Shown here piece after piece: positions 40,711 through 48,405 of a stretch of DNA of 64,000 bases; the stretch's first letter is position 1, and every line of letters begins with the position of its first letter. The notes under the pieces were generated by a model. The model had not been told where the DNA came from. It ran no database searches and worked only from the letters and a program-made list of their open reading frames with translations. The position numbers and the translations under genes are program-made. The stretch lies in the IMG/VR virus record IMGVR_UViG_3300021962_000059. One strand, given 5' to 3'. The stretch comes from a virus.

Positions 40711-40752
40711 CACTGACAACTGACAACTGACAACTGGCAACTGGCAACTAAC
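40711..40752. repeat. Heptanucleotide tandem array (TGACAAC x3, TGGCAAC x2), STRR-like
   Basis: It sits directly after the stop of 40755..41765. Related ACTRAYA arrays occur at 8050..8071, 12687..12710, 31419..31440, 36661..36720, 36987..37009, 37275..37296, 39658..39674 and 39937..39967. Confidence 0.8.
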
Positions 40753-40754
40753 TA

Positions 40755-41765
40755 TTAAAAATCTTCAGTAACAGGTTCGCTACCACCATAATCAATATCT
40801 TCACTGCTAACTTCTATTGGCTTTTGTCTCGCGTCTATAGCTTTTTTTAGGAGGTCAGCTAGTTCTTTTGCAGTGGTTGCTTTTTGTGCTATTTCTTCAG
40901 CTTCTGATTGAGGTAAGTTTTGAGAAACAGCCCAAGCAATACCAGCTTGTTTGCGATCTTCTGGTAGCGATGGTGAAGGGTTAAGCATTTTTGCGTTTCC
41001 CATCGACGCAGGAGTTAGAGTTTTTACAGGTTCTACATTTCCTGTAAATTGCTGAAAAGCTTTTGTTTCAATGATTTCTAGAACTTGAGATGCTCTGCTA
41101 GGGTGAACACGAATCGACAAAAGGCTAAAAGTTTTTCGTTTTCGTGTGCCGTCTGGTAAAGGATAAGATAATTCTCTTAAGCCGCGTTCTAATAAAAAGG
41201 GAATACCAATCAAACTACCAGCAGAAGTTTCAATCGCTAACAGTTGTTCTGTCAATCCGATAATATCCCATTTTGAGTGAGTCTCAACTTCAAAATAACC
41301 TAATTCGCCTAGCTTGGGTAAAACAATCTGCAATCGCCCAACTTGCTTGCATTTACACCCTGAATAACTTCCGTCAGGGTTTTGTTGTCGTTTGCATGGG
41401 ATGGGATTAGTAGCAATCATTTTGCCAGCTTGCTGATAAATCACTTGCTTTTCTTCGTCACACCGAATCATCAACCCAGAAGTTTTTAAATCTTTATCAC
41501 TCCACTGCTCCATCCAACAAGGAAATACTTGATCTGTATAAGGAAAAGGTAACAAGCAATCTAATTGCTTAGGCTCTTTCCCGTAAATAGCGGTAAATTT
41601 TTCGCTGATTCCCTGAATATCAGAATCAATTCGGAAGTATTCTAAATCATCTCCGCTTATTAGAGTGCCAGGTTTTTTAGGGTTTTCTTTTTTTTCTCCC
41701 CCTTTGCGAATTTTTCCTAATAGAGGAAATCGGGCTTGTCTTGTCGTTAGAGATTTGATAGGCAT
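40755..41765 (-). CDS. Hypothetical early protein, possible ssDNA-binding/recombination protein
   Basis: 336 aa. N-terminal ARFPLLGKIRKGGEKK. The acidic C-terminal tail ends ...SEPVTEDF, which recalls the acidic Phe-terminated tails of SSB and T7 gp2.5. This is inference only. Confidence 0.3.
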   Translation of the reverse strand: MPIKSLTTRQARFPLLGKIRKGGEKKENPKKPGTLISGDDLEYFRIDSDIQGISEKFTAIYGKEPKQLDCLLPFPYTDQVFPCWMEQWSDKDLKTSGLMIRCDEEKQVIYQQAGKMIATNPIPCKRQQNPDGSYSGCKCKQVGRLQIVLPKLGELGYFEVETHSKWDIIGLTEQLLAIETSAGSLIGIPFLLERGLRELSYPLPDGTRKRKTFSLLSIRVHPSRASQVLEIIETKAFQQFTGNVEPVKTLTPASMGNAKMLNPSPSLPEDRKQAGIAWAVSQNLPQSEAEEIAQKATTAKELADLLKKAIDARQKPIEVSSEDIDYGGSEPVTEDF

Positions 41766-41776
41766 TGTTTTTACTC

Positions 41777-42070
41777 CTAAAATGGAAGGTTTCTATGTAG
41801 TTCAGAATAGATAGATGATGGAAGCTCGTCTATTTCTTTGCCAGCAAAATATTTGACCACACTTGGGCAAGTAACATCATGAGACTCGGTTACTTCTCGA
41901 AGCTTTGACATAACCACTTGCTGTGCTTGAGATACAAGAAGCTCGTAGCAAGCGTCAGGGTCTTCGCCGTCTTCTGGCTTGCCATGAATATTTATACTTA
42001 CATTCACGGACTCAAAGTTACCGAGGTTGACTTTTTGACTATATTCTACTGAGATATGGGTAATAAGCAT
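41777..42070 (-). CDS. Hypothetical early protein
   Basis: The start is taken at MLITHISVEY (42070), preceded by a GAGGAG SD and lying downstream of the promoter at 42099..42127. The track's longer ORF would start inside the promoter. Confidence 0.55.
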   Translation of the reverse strand: MLITHISVEYSQKVNLGNFESVNVSINIHGKPEDGEDPDACYELLVSQAQQVVMSKLREVTESHDVTCPSVVKYFAGKEIDELPSSIYSELHRNLPF

Positions 42071-42098
42071 CTCTCCTCTCTTAAACTTGATTAATACA

Positions 42099-42127
42099 AT
42101 CTTATAGTAAATTACTAGAATTGTCAA
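42099..42127 (-). promoter_or_regulatory. Sigma70-type promoter TTGACA-N17-TAAGAT
   Basis: The minus strand reads ATCTTGACA ATTCTAGTAATTTACTA TAAGAT. The inverted 11-mer array (42137..42170) lies just upstream of the -35. Confidence 0.7.
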
Positions 42128-42200
42128 GATTTTTAAGAAAAAAACTTACAAAAAACTTACAAAAAATAATAGTACAAAAGAACTAAGTTATTATTGTAAT

Positions 42201-42444
42201 TAGATTGTAGATAAGGTGATCTACATTAGAATCCTTGATATATATAGGTTTCAGGCTTTGTAGATACTGTTATTGCTATCCCCCGATATTATTTTTTCTT
42301 GCCTCTCTTATTGTCCAGTCCGTTTATCATTCCTTTCTTTTTATTTTTCCTCTATGATCCGTCAACGCCATCAACAAAGCCTGAAACCCAGTCCTTGCAA
42401 GGATTTCGATTGTCGATAAGGTTATTGACAATCTATCTACAATG
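42201..42444. repeat. Iteron / inverted-repeat element, copy A (~245 bp)
   Basis: It is bounded by GATTGTAGATA (42203..) and TATCTACAAT (42434..). It contains about 6-7 copies or variants of TTGTAGAT in both orientations. A 15-bp perfect long-range inverted repeat GGTTTCAGGCTTTGT (42247..61) / ACAAAGCCTGAAACC (42374..88) flanks a pyrimidine-rich core. It is homologous to 53207..53461. Confidence 0.75.
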
Positions 42445-42559
42445 ACAACGAGTAAATATACTTAGTACAAACGTTCAGAAATTATTCTCCTATATAGTTG
42501 ATATTCATGGGAGAATGATCTAAGATAGGATCGAGTAAACAAAACACACACTGCAAATT

Positions 42560-42988
42560 ATGACTAATCTGCAATTTAAACTAGCTCAGCTAAATAAAAC
42601 TAAGCTTTTCTGCAAAGACCTTTATCCAGGTGATTGGTGGATTAATACAAGCCATGAACGGGAATCTTTTGGCGTTCAGATATTAATCGGAAATGTTAAA
42701 GATCATGATCATTCTTTTCAAGTATTTATCGATAGCGATTTTAATGTTAGCATTGAAGGCTCTTTACTATATCACGGGTGTGATGCTTGGGTTGAAATTA
42801 GTTCAAACGAACAAGAAATAGGATTTGAGATAGAGACTATCATCGAAGATGATAACTATTTAGAAAAACTACGAAAAGATTTAACCAACTTGATTCCTAA
42901 AATTAATGAAATGGTAGATGTCATTTCAGAATTTACCGAACAATTCAGCAGGAAAAATTTAGATGAAAAAAGTACCTGTTATTCCTGA
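42560..42988 (+). CDS. Distant PF1-like protein on the + strand
   Basis: 142 aa with the same layout as PF1: LNKTKLFCKDLYPGDWW ... DAWVEISSNEQEIGFE (compare FSWVEIKSNRKKIQGD in 25631..26089) ... INEMVDVISEFTEQF. Confidence 0.5.
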   Translation: MTNLQFKLAQLNKTKLFCKDLYPGDWWINTSHERESFGVQILIGNVKDHDHSFQVFIDSDFNVSIEGSLLYHGCDAWVEISSNEQEIGFEIETIIEDDNYLEKLRKDLTNLIPKINEMVDVISEFTEQFSRKNLDEKSTCYS

Positions 42989-43175
42989 AATTTACGAGCA
43001 AAATTATCCAACTAAGATTTTTTATTTTACAGGCGAGTGGTCATGCCAGCCAAAATACTCATCTCGCCGTGTAGCACGCCGTAATAATCCTAGTGTGTGG
43101 CTACCAATTTTTAAAGCAGATGATGGTCAGATAATTTGTCTTGCTTGGCTACAGTCGGAAGTTGATCCTAATTAA
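42963..43175 (+). CDS. Hypothetical small protein
   Basis: 70-aa ORF that overlaps the upstream gene by 26 nt. Confidence 0.4.
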   Translation: MKKVPVIPEIYEQNYPTKIFYFTGEWSCQPKYSSRRVARRNNPSVWLPIFKADDGQIICLAWLQSEVDPN

Positions 43176-43350
43176 ATACTCCAAAAATAAAAAGATGCTA
43201 GAACTTCCAGCAATCGATCAAACAACAGTTGCCAGCGACTTTTTAAAAGGCACTACACCCTTTTTGCAAAAAATAAGCCTTGATTTCGTATTATGGATCG
43301 AGCTAAAATTGATTTAGTTTTTGAAGGTATTTAATGAATAAGCCTGTTTA

Positions 43351-43659
43351 TTGTTTAAGCAAAGGATAGTTATGTTCACAGAAAAACTTGCAGAATATGC
43401 ACATGAAGCTTGGTCAGGGTGGATGAGATATCTCTTCTCAGTATCCACAGTAAACAGTGACGGTTCGGTGACAATACCCGCGTCGCTGGTAAAGCGATGG
43501 ACTAGGCAGATGAACACACCTTACCAGATGCTCTCAGGTAGCGAACAGCGTAGTGATATTGTGGAAGCAGAAAAAATGCTTGAAATTATGTCAGGCGATA
43601 ATGGTCTTGATTCCACTCAAACAATCGTTGCCAGTGACTCTTTAAAAGGTACTGGATAG
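43351..43659 (+). CDS. Hypothetical protein (moron-like insertion)
   Basis: 102 aa (LAEYAHEAWSGWMRYL...LVKRWTRQMNTPY...). It is flanked by 37-bp imperfect direct repeats (43218..43254, 43617..43653). Its 3' end overlaps the convergent tail gene by 43 nt. Confidence 0.5.
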   Translation: MFKQRIVMFTEKLAEYAHEAWSGWMRYLFSVSTVNSDGSVTIPASLVKRWTRQMNTPYQMLSGSEQRSDIVEAEKMLEIMSGDNGLDSTQTIVASDSLKGTG

Positions 43660-45887
43660 CTTGAGTTTTGAAAAACCCGTACCGTGTAAGCCGATTGGAT
43701 TGACCCCCAATCGACTATTTGTTGCGCTTCTGTGTAAACTATGCTTCGCGATGCCGTAATTACCCATTCCCGTTTTACCGTGGCTCCGTCGTAAATTCTC
43801 ACTGTGTAGCTGTCTAGTTCCCCCCCTGCATAGGGAACATCAACGTAGTCAGTCCATCGCCCGTTCAACCGCGTCCGGCGATACCAACTGATAATTACAT
43901 CATTTCCGCTTTTTTGCCCTCTCACGGACGCGGAAAAAGGTTTTAATCCCTCTAATCTGATTGTGTAGGGTATTGGCTCTCCTATCTCTGGTTCTGATAA
44001 TCCCGTGGGAACCACCTTAAACCGTGCCTGCTGATTAATATTGTAAAGCTCGATTGGGAGACGGATTAGATAGTCGGTGAGCAGTACAAATCTTTCGCCT
44101 ACGGTATGTTTATCGATATAAAACTCAGTCCCCTTTACACCACGAATCATATAAGAAATGTCAAAAGTCAGGGGATTGCTTGAAACAATAGTGGCATTTT
44201 TAAAAGCGATAATTTCACCAGTGGAAAACCATCCTAATTGTTTGCCAGATAGAAAGTTTTCTAAGGTAACAGGTTCTAATTCTCCTGAATCCATTCTTAT
44301 CCTGATCAAATTAGTCGTATCGATAAAATGCGGGGATGAATTGTTAAATTTTGAAGAAAAGCTTAATACAGTACCTATCGTACTTTTTCCGAAAACACTT
44401 GTAGCTAAACTATAACTTAATCCATTATTATCAGAATAAAATAAGCCTCCAGTTCTAAAATCAGAGTTACCGTCAATCGCCAAGTAAAGTCCTATGTCAG
44501 TATCTCTGTTTTCAACTATTGGTATCTCAAAAGGAATAGCGGTTGCCTGACCATAAGATCGTGGAGATTCTGTAGATGTGAATGGATTATTTACGATTAC
44601 TGTGGGGATAAAACTACTGGTAGGTTCCCCACCACTTGTATATCCTTGATAGCGAGTAGCTTCGATTTCTATTAAATAATTAGAGCCGCGTACTTTTTTA
44701 GTAATTTGTAGAATTTCTCTATGAATATTTTGATCACTATCTGTATAGATTAAATCCCCTACTTTTAAACTATCCCACGCTGGTAGTAAAAACATTTTTG
44801 AATAGGTTTTTGATTGGATTCTACTCAAGAAAAGGATTCTTGATGCTGTAGTGATAAATAGATTATCTGTAGAAATTAATCGAGTGTTTATACTTAATTC
44901 GTTTGTGTGGATTGCACTAGGGTCAATCGCGGTAACAGATACGTCATTATAATCGTTTAAAACATTTTTCCCTGATACTACAACTGCGCTAGGAATCTCC
45001 CGAAAATGAAGTAATTTTTTCTCGTCAATATCAATCGGCTTTTCTCCGAATTTTTTAGCACCTAATGAATTGCGAGGCACAAAAGTTAAGCTAGAAGATT
45101 CTTGCCTTTTAAAAACTATTTTATCTTTTGGTTCTCTAGCTACAATAAAAAAGGTTCGCATAATTTCTTCTATTTGATCAGCGAAAGTTGTCCCATCAAA
45201 TAGTAAATCAAAACCTTCTACTGTTTGGTCACCAATATCACTAATATCAATTTTACTATCTTCTATTTTTGCTATTTTACAGATAGTTTTTATAATATCT
45301 TTTACCTTTGGATTTTCTCCACTTTCTCCGATTACCTCAACGTCAACGCGGGGAAATCCACTACCTTCAAATTCAGCGATAGGGTAGTTATCGAATGCTA
45401 AATAAGAGTATCCTGTAAATGCAGGTACAGGATTAGATTCTTTTCCTTGAACAACTGATGATGGAGTTGTTTGGTTGCCAGTATAAATTGTGCAATGCTC
45501 AATAAATTTTGCGCTTTTTTCCCCTGAATCCTGCCCATAAACCAAAGTATTGTTTAACCATACGCGCCGCACGGAACCAATCTCGCGCCCTATTAAAAAA
45601 GCGCAAGTCATAAAATAGCTAAACTCCTCGGTAGTTTGCCCACCACCACCCTTTCCCCCTTGTCGTCTTCTAGTCTTTACTTCTTTCAGTGGTAAAGCCC
45701 AAAACATGGTTAAGCTATCTTTTCGTACCTTGCCAAAAGGATAGGATAGGCTAGTGCCATATTCAGCAGTAGGGACACCAGTATCCTCAATTTTTCCTTT
45801 TTGTTGAGTAGGCGGTTTAGGGGCAAATAAGGATAGTAATAGATTAGATGCGAGTCCGATTGCTACGGGTACGAGAAAATTAGCCAC
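43617..45887 (-). CDS. Tail protein, lambda J / RcGTA g15-like N-terminal (Phage-tail_3-like) family
   Basis: 756 aa. MANFLVPVAIGLASNLLLSLFAPKPP...GKIEDTGVPTAEYGTSLSYPFGKVRKDSLTMFWALPLKE matches the conserved N-terminus of host-specificity proteins (G.RL.D..VQ.S.YG..IP..FG..R..G..IWA). Confidence 0.7.
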   Translation of the reverse strand: MANFLVPVAIGLASNLLLSLFAPKPPTQQKGKIEDTGVPTAEYGTSLSYPFGKVRKDSLTMFWALPLKEVKTRRRQGGKGGGGQTTEEFSYFMTCAFLIGREIGSVRRVWLNNTLVYGQDSGEKSAKFIEHCTIYTGNQTTPSSVVQGKESNPVPAFTGYSYLAFDNYPIAEFEGSGFPRVDVEVIGESGENPKVKDIIKTICKIAKIEDSKIDISDIGDQTVEGFDLLFDGTTFADQIEEIMRTFFIVAREPKDKIVFKRQESSSLTFVPRNSLGAKKFGEKPIDIDEKKLLHFREIPSAVVVSGKNVLNDYNDVSVTAIDPSAIHTNELSINTRLISTDNLFITTASRILFLSRIQSKTYSKMFLLPAWDSLKVGDLIYTDSDQNIHREILQITKKVRGSNYLIEIEATRYQGYTSGGEPTSSFIPTVIVNNPFTSTESPRSYGQATAIPFEIPIVENRDTDIGLYLAIDGNSDFRTGGLFYSDNNGLSYSLATSVFGKSTIGTVLSFSSKFNNSSPHFIDTTNLIRIRMDSGELEPVTLENFLSGKQLGWFSTGEIIAFKNATIVSSNPLTFDISYMIRGVKGTEFYIDKHTVGERFVLLTDYLIRLPIELYNINQQARFKVVPTGLSEPEIGEPIPYTIRLEGLKPFSASVRGQKSGNDVIISWYRRTRLNGRWTDYVDVPYAGGELDSYTVRIYDGATVKREWVITASRSIVYTEAQQIVDWGSIQSAYTVRVFQNSSYPVPFKESLATIV

Positions 45888-45921
45888 GGGTTAGATAAAG
45901 TGAGTATTTTCTCTATTCTAA

Positions 45922-45994
45922 TAGGTTGAGCAGGAATCGAACCTACCTAAGACGAATTATGAGTTCGTTGCCTTAACCGCTCGGCCATCAACCC
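45922..45994 (-). tRNA. tRNA with CAU anticodon (Met or Ile2)
   Basis: GGGTTGA-TG-GCCGAGCGGTTAAGGC-A-ACGAA-CTCATAA-TTCGT-CTTAG-GTAGG-TTCGATT-CCTGC-TCAACCT-A. It is a 73-nt cloverleaf with a G1-U72 pair; CCA is not encoded. Confidence 0.8.
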
Positions 45995-45999
45995 TTAAC

Positions 46000-46409
46000 C
46001 TATTTAGGGAAAAACAAAGCAGGAGAGATATTAAAAAAATCGGCTAATTTTTGAATATGAACAGCCGTTAACTCTTGTTGTCTATTAAAAATATCATCTA
46101 AAGTTGACTGATTTTCAAAAATAGATAATAAATCTTGCTTCTGCAAGTTCTTTAGTTCTAACAAAAATTTCAATAGTCAATTCCATAAATATCAGGTATT
46201 ACCTCGTGTGTTTCTTCGTATTCATAAATTAAAGCTCCTAAAACACTTAAATATTCCCTTTCTTCTATTGTTAATTGGATTTTATCTAATCTAATTTTAT
46301 CTAAAAAAGAACTAATAACTTTTTCCGTGTTTTCTAATTCTTTCTTATTATGAATAGGACGAGGTGGGTATTGCTTTAATAATTCTAAGTATTTATCTGT
46401 ATCAAACAT
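46000..46409 (-). pseudogene. HigA-like (N-terminal domain + XRE HTH) antitoxin/regulator gene split by a frameshift
   Basis: Frame A (46170..46409) reads MFDTDKYLELLKQYPPRPIHNKKELE...EEREYLSVLGALIYEYEETH...GIDY*. Frame B (46000..46173, a 1-nt frame offset) reads LKFLLELKNLQKQDLLSIFENQSTLDDIFNRQQELTAVHIQKLADFFNISPALFFPK*, a typical HTH. Together they would make ~136 aa. No toxin gene is adjacent. Confidence 0.55.
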
Positions 46410-46437
46410 AGTGTGACCTTGATTCCTGTAACTTTTT

Positions 46438-46466
46438 ATTATAGGTCAAGTCTTTGATTTTGTCAA
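46438..46466 (-). promoter_or_regulatory. Perfect consensus promoter TTGACA-N17-TATAAT
   Basis: The minus strand reads ATTGACA AAATCAAAGACTTGACC TATAAT, 29 nt upstream of the HigA-like ATG. Confidence 0.7.
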
Positions 46467-46481
46467 TATGTTTTATTTTAG

Positions 46482-46564
46482 TGGGTTGGGCTGGATTTGC
46501 ACCAGCGTGGAATTAAATCTACAGATTTACAGTCTGTCACCTTCGGCTACTCGGTCACCAACCC
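46482..46564 (-). tRNA. tRNA-Tyr (GUA), class II with a long variable arm
   Basis: GGGTTGG-TG-ACCGAGTAGCCGAAGGT-G-ACAGA-CTGTAAA-TCTGT-AGATTTAATTCCAC-GCTGG-TGCAAAT-CCAGC-CCAACCC-A (83 nt). Confidence 0.8.
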
Positions 46565-46576
46565 TTACCTAAATTT

Positions 46577-46605
46577 ATCTTACTATAATTTTTAATGTTT
46601 GTCAA
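46577..46605 (-). promoter_or_regulatory. Sigma70-type promoter TTGACA-N17-TAAGAT upstream of tRNA-Tyr
   Basis: The -10 ends 12 nt before the tRNA 5' end. Confidence 0.65.
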
Positions 46606-47133
46606 TCATATTGGTTTTTGATTTTCTTGATTCTTTTGAGATTCTTGTAAATTAAGAAGTTGAAGGATTGCTTCTCCTGCGTCTTTACGCGCCATGCTAC
46701 AAGTCCAGAGTCTTTGTTCATTGCGCTTGATAATGATAATTTCTGTATCAGAAACTGAACAAATTAAATCATTTTTCTGTTTTATCAGTTGATTAAGAGA
46801 TTCTATTCGTTGCTTTTGTTCCAATTCAGAAACGGGTTGAGGTTTTTCTCCGTACTCTTGTGTAGAGAAAACAACAGCTAACATAAAACTTTTTGTTTCT
46901 TTAAACTGAAACCGAATAATCTGCCAACTAAATTCACCATCAGGCTCTAATTCTCGATTCCAAATATTTAGAAAGGTTTGTAAATAACTTTCTAATCCTT
47001 TTTGAGTTTGACAGTCTTTATTAATATCACTAAGAAGTCCTTGATTTTGCTGAGGATAGTTTTCAGCAGGTTCTTCTGACTCACAGTGGTAAATAGGGGA
47101 AGAGTAACAAGAATTAAATGGAACTATAAACAT
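46606..47133 (-). CDS. Hypothetical protein sharing an N-terminal module with 47141..47386
   Basis: The start is taken at MFIVPFNSCYSSPIYHCESEEP (47133). Compare MFCVKLFNSCYSYSIQNSESVE in the upstream gene. Confidence 0.5.
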   Translation of the reverse strand: MFIVPFNSCYSSPIYHCESEEPAENYPQQNQGLLSDINKDCQTQKGLESYLQTFLNIWNRELEPDGEFSWQIIRFQFKETKSFMLAVVFSTQEYGEKPQPVSELEQKQRIESLNQLIKQKNDLICSVSDTEIIIIKRNEQRLWTCSMARKDAGEAILQLLNLQESQKNQENQKPI

Positions 47134-47140
47134 AATTGGT

Positions 47141-47386
47141 TTATTCTTTGTAAAAATTAAGATCATACCAAAAGTAATCTTTCCAAAAATTTATCAATTT
47201 TATATTTTTTTCAGTTATTAATTTTCGCCAAAGACGAAAATTCTTGAAAAAATTATACCATCCATGAGGAACATCTTCTTTAATAGTTTCCCAAATGATA
47301 GGTAAATAGCTTTTGATAAGTTCTACTGACTCACTGTTTTGAATAGAGTAAGAGTAGCAAGAATTGAACAGTTTTACACAAAACAT
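47141..47386 (-). CDS. Paralog family 3 (PF3) member
   Basis: 81 aa. SYLPIIWETIKEDVPHGWYNFFKNFRLWRKLITEKN. Confidence 0.55.
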   Translation of the reverse strand: MFCVKLFNSCYSYSIQNSESVELIKSYLPIIWETIKEDVPHGWYNFFKNFRLWRKLITEKNIKLINFWKDYFWYDLNFYKE

Positions 47387-47405
47387 ATTGTGACTCCGAT
47401 TAATT

Positions 47406-47750
47406 TTACATATGAAGTTCTAATGTTTGTTCATCGCCAAGATACCATTCTTTATCACTAAGAAACCAGAAAAACATTTCTTTACAAGAATTAGTACGGT
47501 CTTTCTCAGATATTAATTCCTGCCATAAACGAAAAGCGTCAAAAAATTGCTCCCATCCATAAGGAACATCTTCTTTAAGATTAGTCCAGATAATAGGTAA
47601 ATAGCTTTCAATAGGCTTATAAAGCCTATTACAAACATAAACATAAAAACCAAAAGACAAGGTATAAACCAGCCCTTTAGTGATTAACATAAATCCCCAC
47701 GCAGAAATTAAGAGTAAAATCAAGATTAAGGTTATCGGTTTTATTTTCAT
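47406..47750 (-). CDS. PF3 member with an N-terminal TM segment
   Basis: 114 aa. ITLILILLLISAWGFMLI, then SYLPIIWTNLKEDVPYGWEQFFDAFRLWQELISEKD. Confidence 0.55.
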   Translation of the reverse strand: MKIKPITLILILLLISAWGFMLITKGLVYTLSFGFYVYVCNRLYKPIESYLPIIWTNLKEDVPYGWEQFFDAFRLWQELISEKDRTNSCKEMFFWFLSDKEWYLGDEQTLELHM

Positions 47751-47851
47751 CTACTTATTTTACATTTAATTGTCAAAAGCGAATCCTATTTTTAGACTTC
47801 ATTTTACTTTAACCTTTCTAAATGTTCTATATTATTTTACCACAATTAAAG

Positions 47852-48043
47852 TTATCTGTCTATAGCTTTAATAAGAAAATAAATTAAATTTATCTTTTCT
47901 GCCGTCAGTGTTCTGAGTGTCATTAAGATTTCTATTAATTTATCCTTAAGTTCTTTTTTAGTGGGTTCTGTGTCAGTTGGTTCATAGATGAAAGTTTTAG
48001 CACTTCTATCCTGTTCTATTCTAATCAAAGTGTATTTTTCCAT
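47852..48043 (-). CDS. Hypothetical small protein
   Basis: 63-aa ORF. Confidence 0.4.
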   Translation of the reverse strand: MEKYTLIRIEQDRSAKTFIYEPTDTEPTKKELKDKLIEILMTLRTLTAEKINLIYFLIKAIDR

Positions 48044-48046
48044 TGT

Positions 48047-48379
48047 TTATAATTCAATTTCATTATCACCGGCAAGAAATAGTGATATATCGAAATGATA
48101 TTCACTGTCACCATTTTGAGGAACTACTATTCCCCCAAATTCTAAAAGTTTATTGTCAAGGAATTTTTTCGATTGTTTTAAAGAAATGTAATTTTCTATG
48201 GCAAATTCTTTGGCACTAATCGGCTTTTTGTACCGATATTTAAAGTCTGTGTCAAGTTTTTTGTTTTTTGTGTCAGCCCATGAAAAATAGTCTATTGTTA
48301 CTCCTATAAACAGACCAAGTAATAAAGTTGGTACTCCGATAAAAAGCAAAGCGAAAATTTGATAAATTTCATTGTTCAT
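48047..48379 (-). CDS. Hypothetical membrane-anchored protein
   Basis: 110 aa with N-terminal TM segment IFALLFIGVPTLLLGLFIGV. Confidence 0.45.
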   Translation of the reverse strand: MNNEIYQIFALLFIGVPTLLLGLFIGVTIDYFSWADTKNKKLDTDFKYRYKKPISAKEFAIENYISLKQSKKFLDNKLLEFGGIVVPQNGDSEYHFDISLFLAGDNEIEL

Positions 48380-48405
48380 TGTGTGCCTTCCTTTTGGATG
48401 TAGGT

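Noticed and set aside
43314-43517. The minus-strand 67-aa ORF overlapping 43351..43659.
   Set aside because: It is antisense to a longer + strand ORF and has no SD. It is a shadow ORF.
47748-47776. TTGACA at 47771..47776 as another member of the promoter family.
   Set aside because: The only -10-like hexamer at 17-nt spacing (TAGATG) overlaps the ATG of 47406..47750, so the transcript would start inside the ORF. It is not supported unless the gene actually starts at the internal Met.
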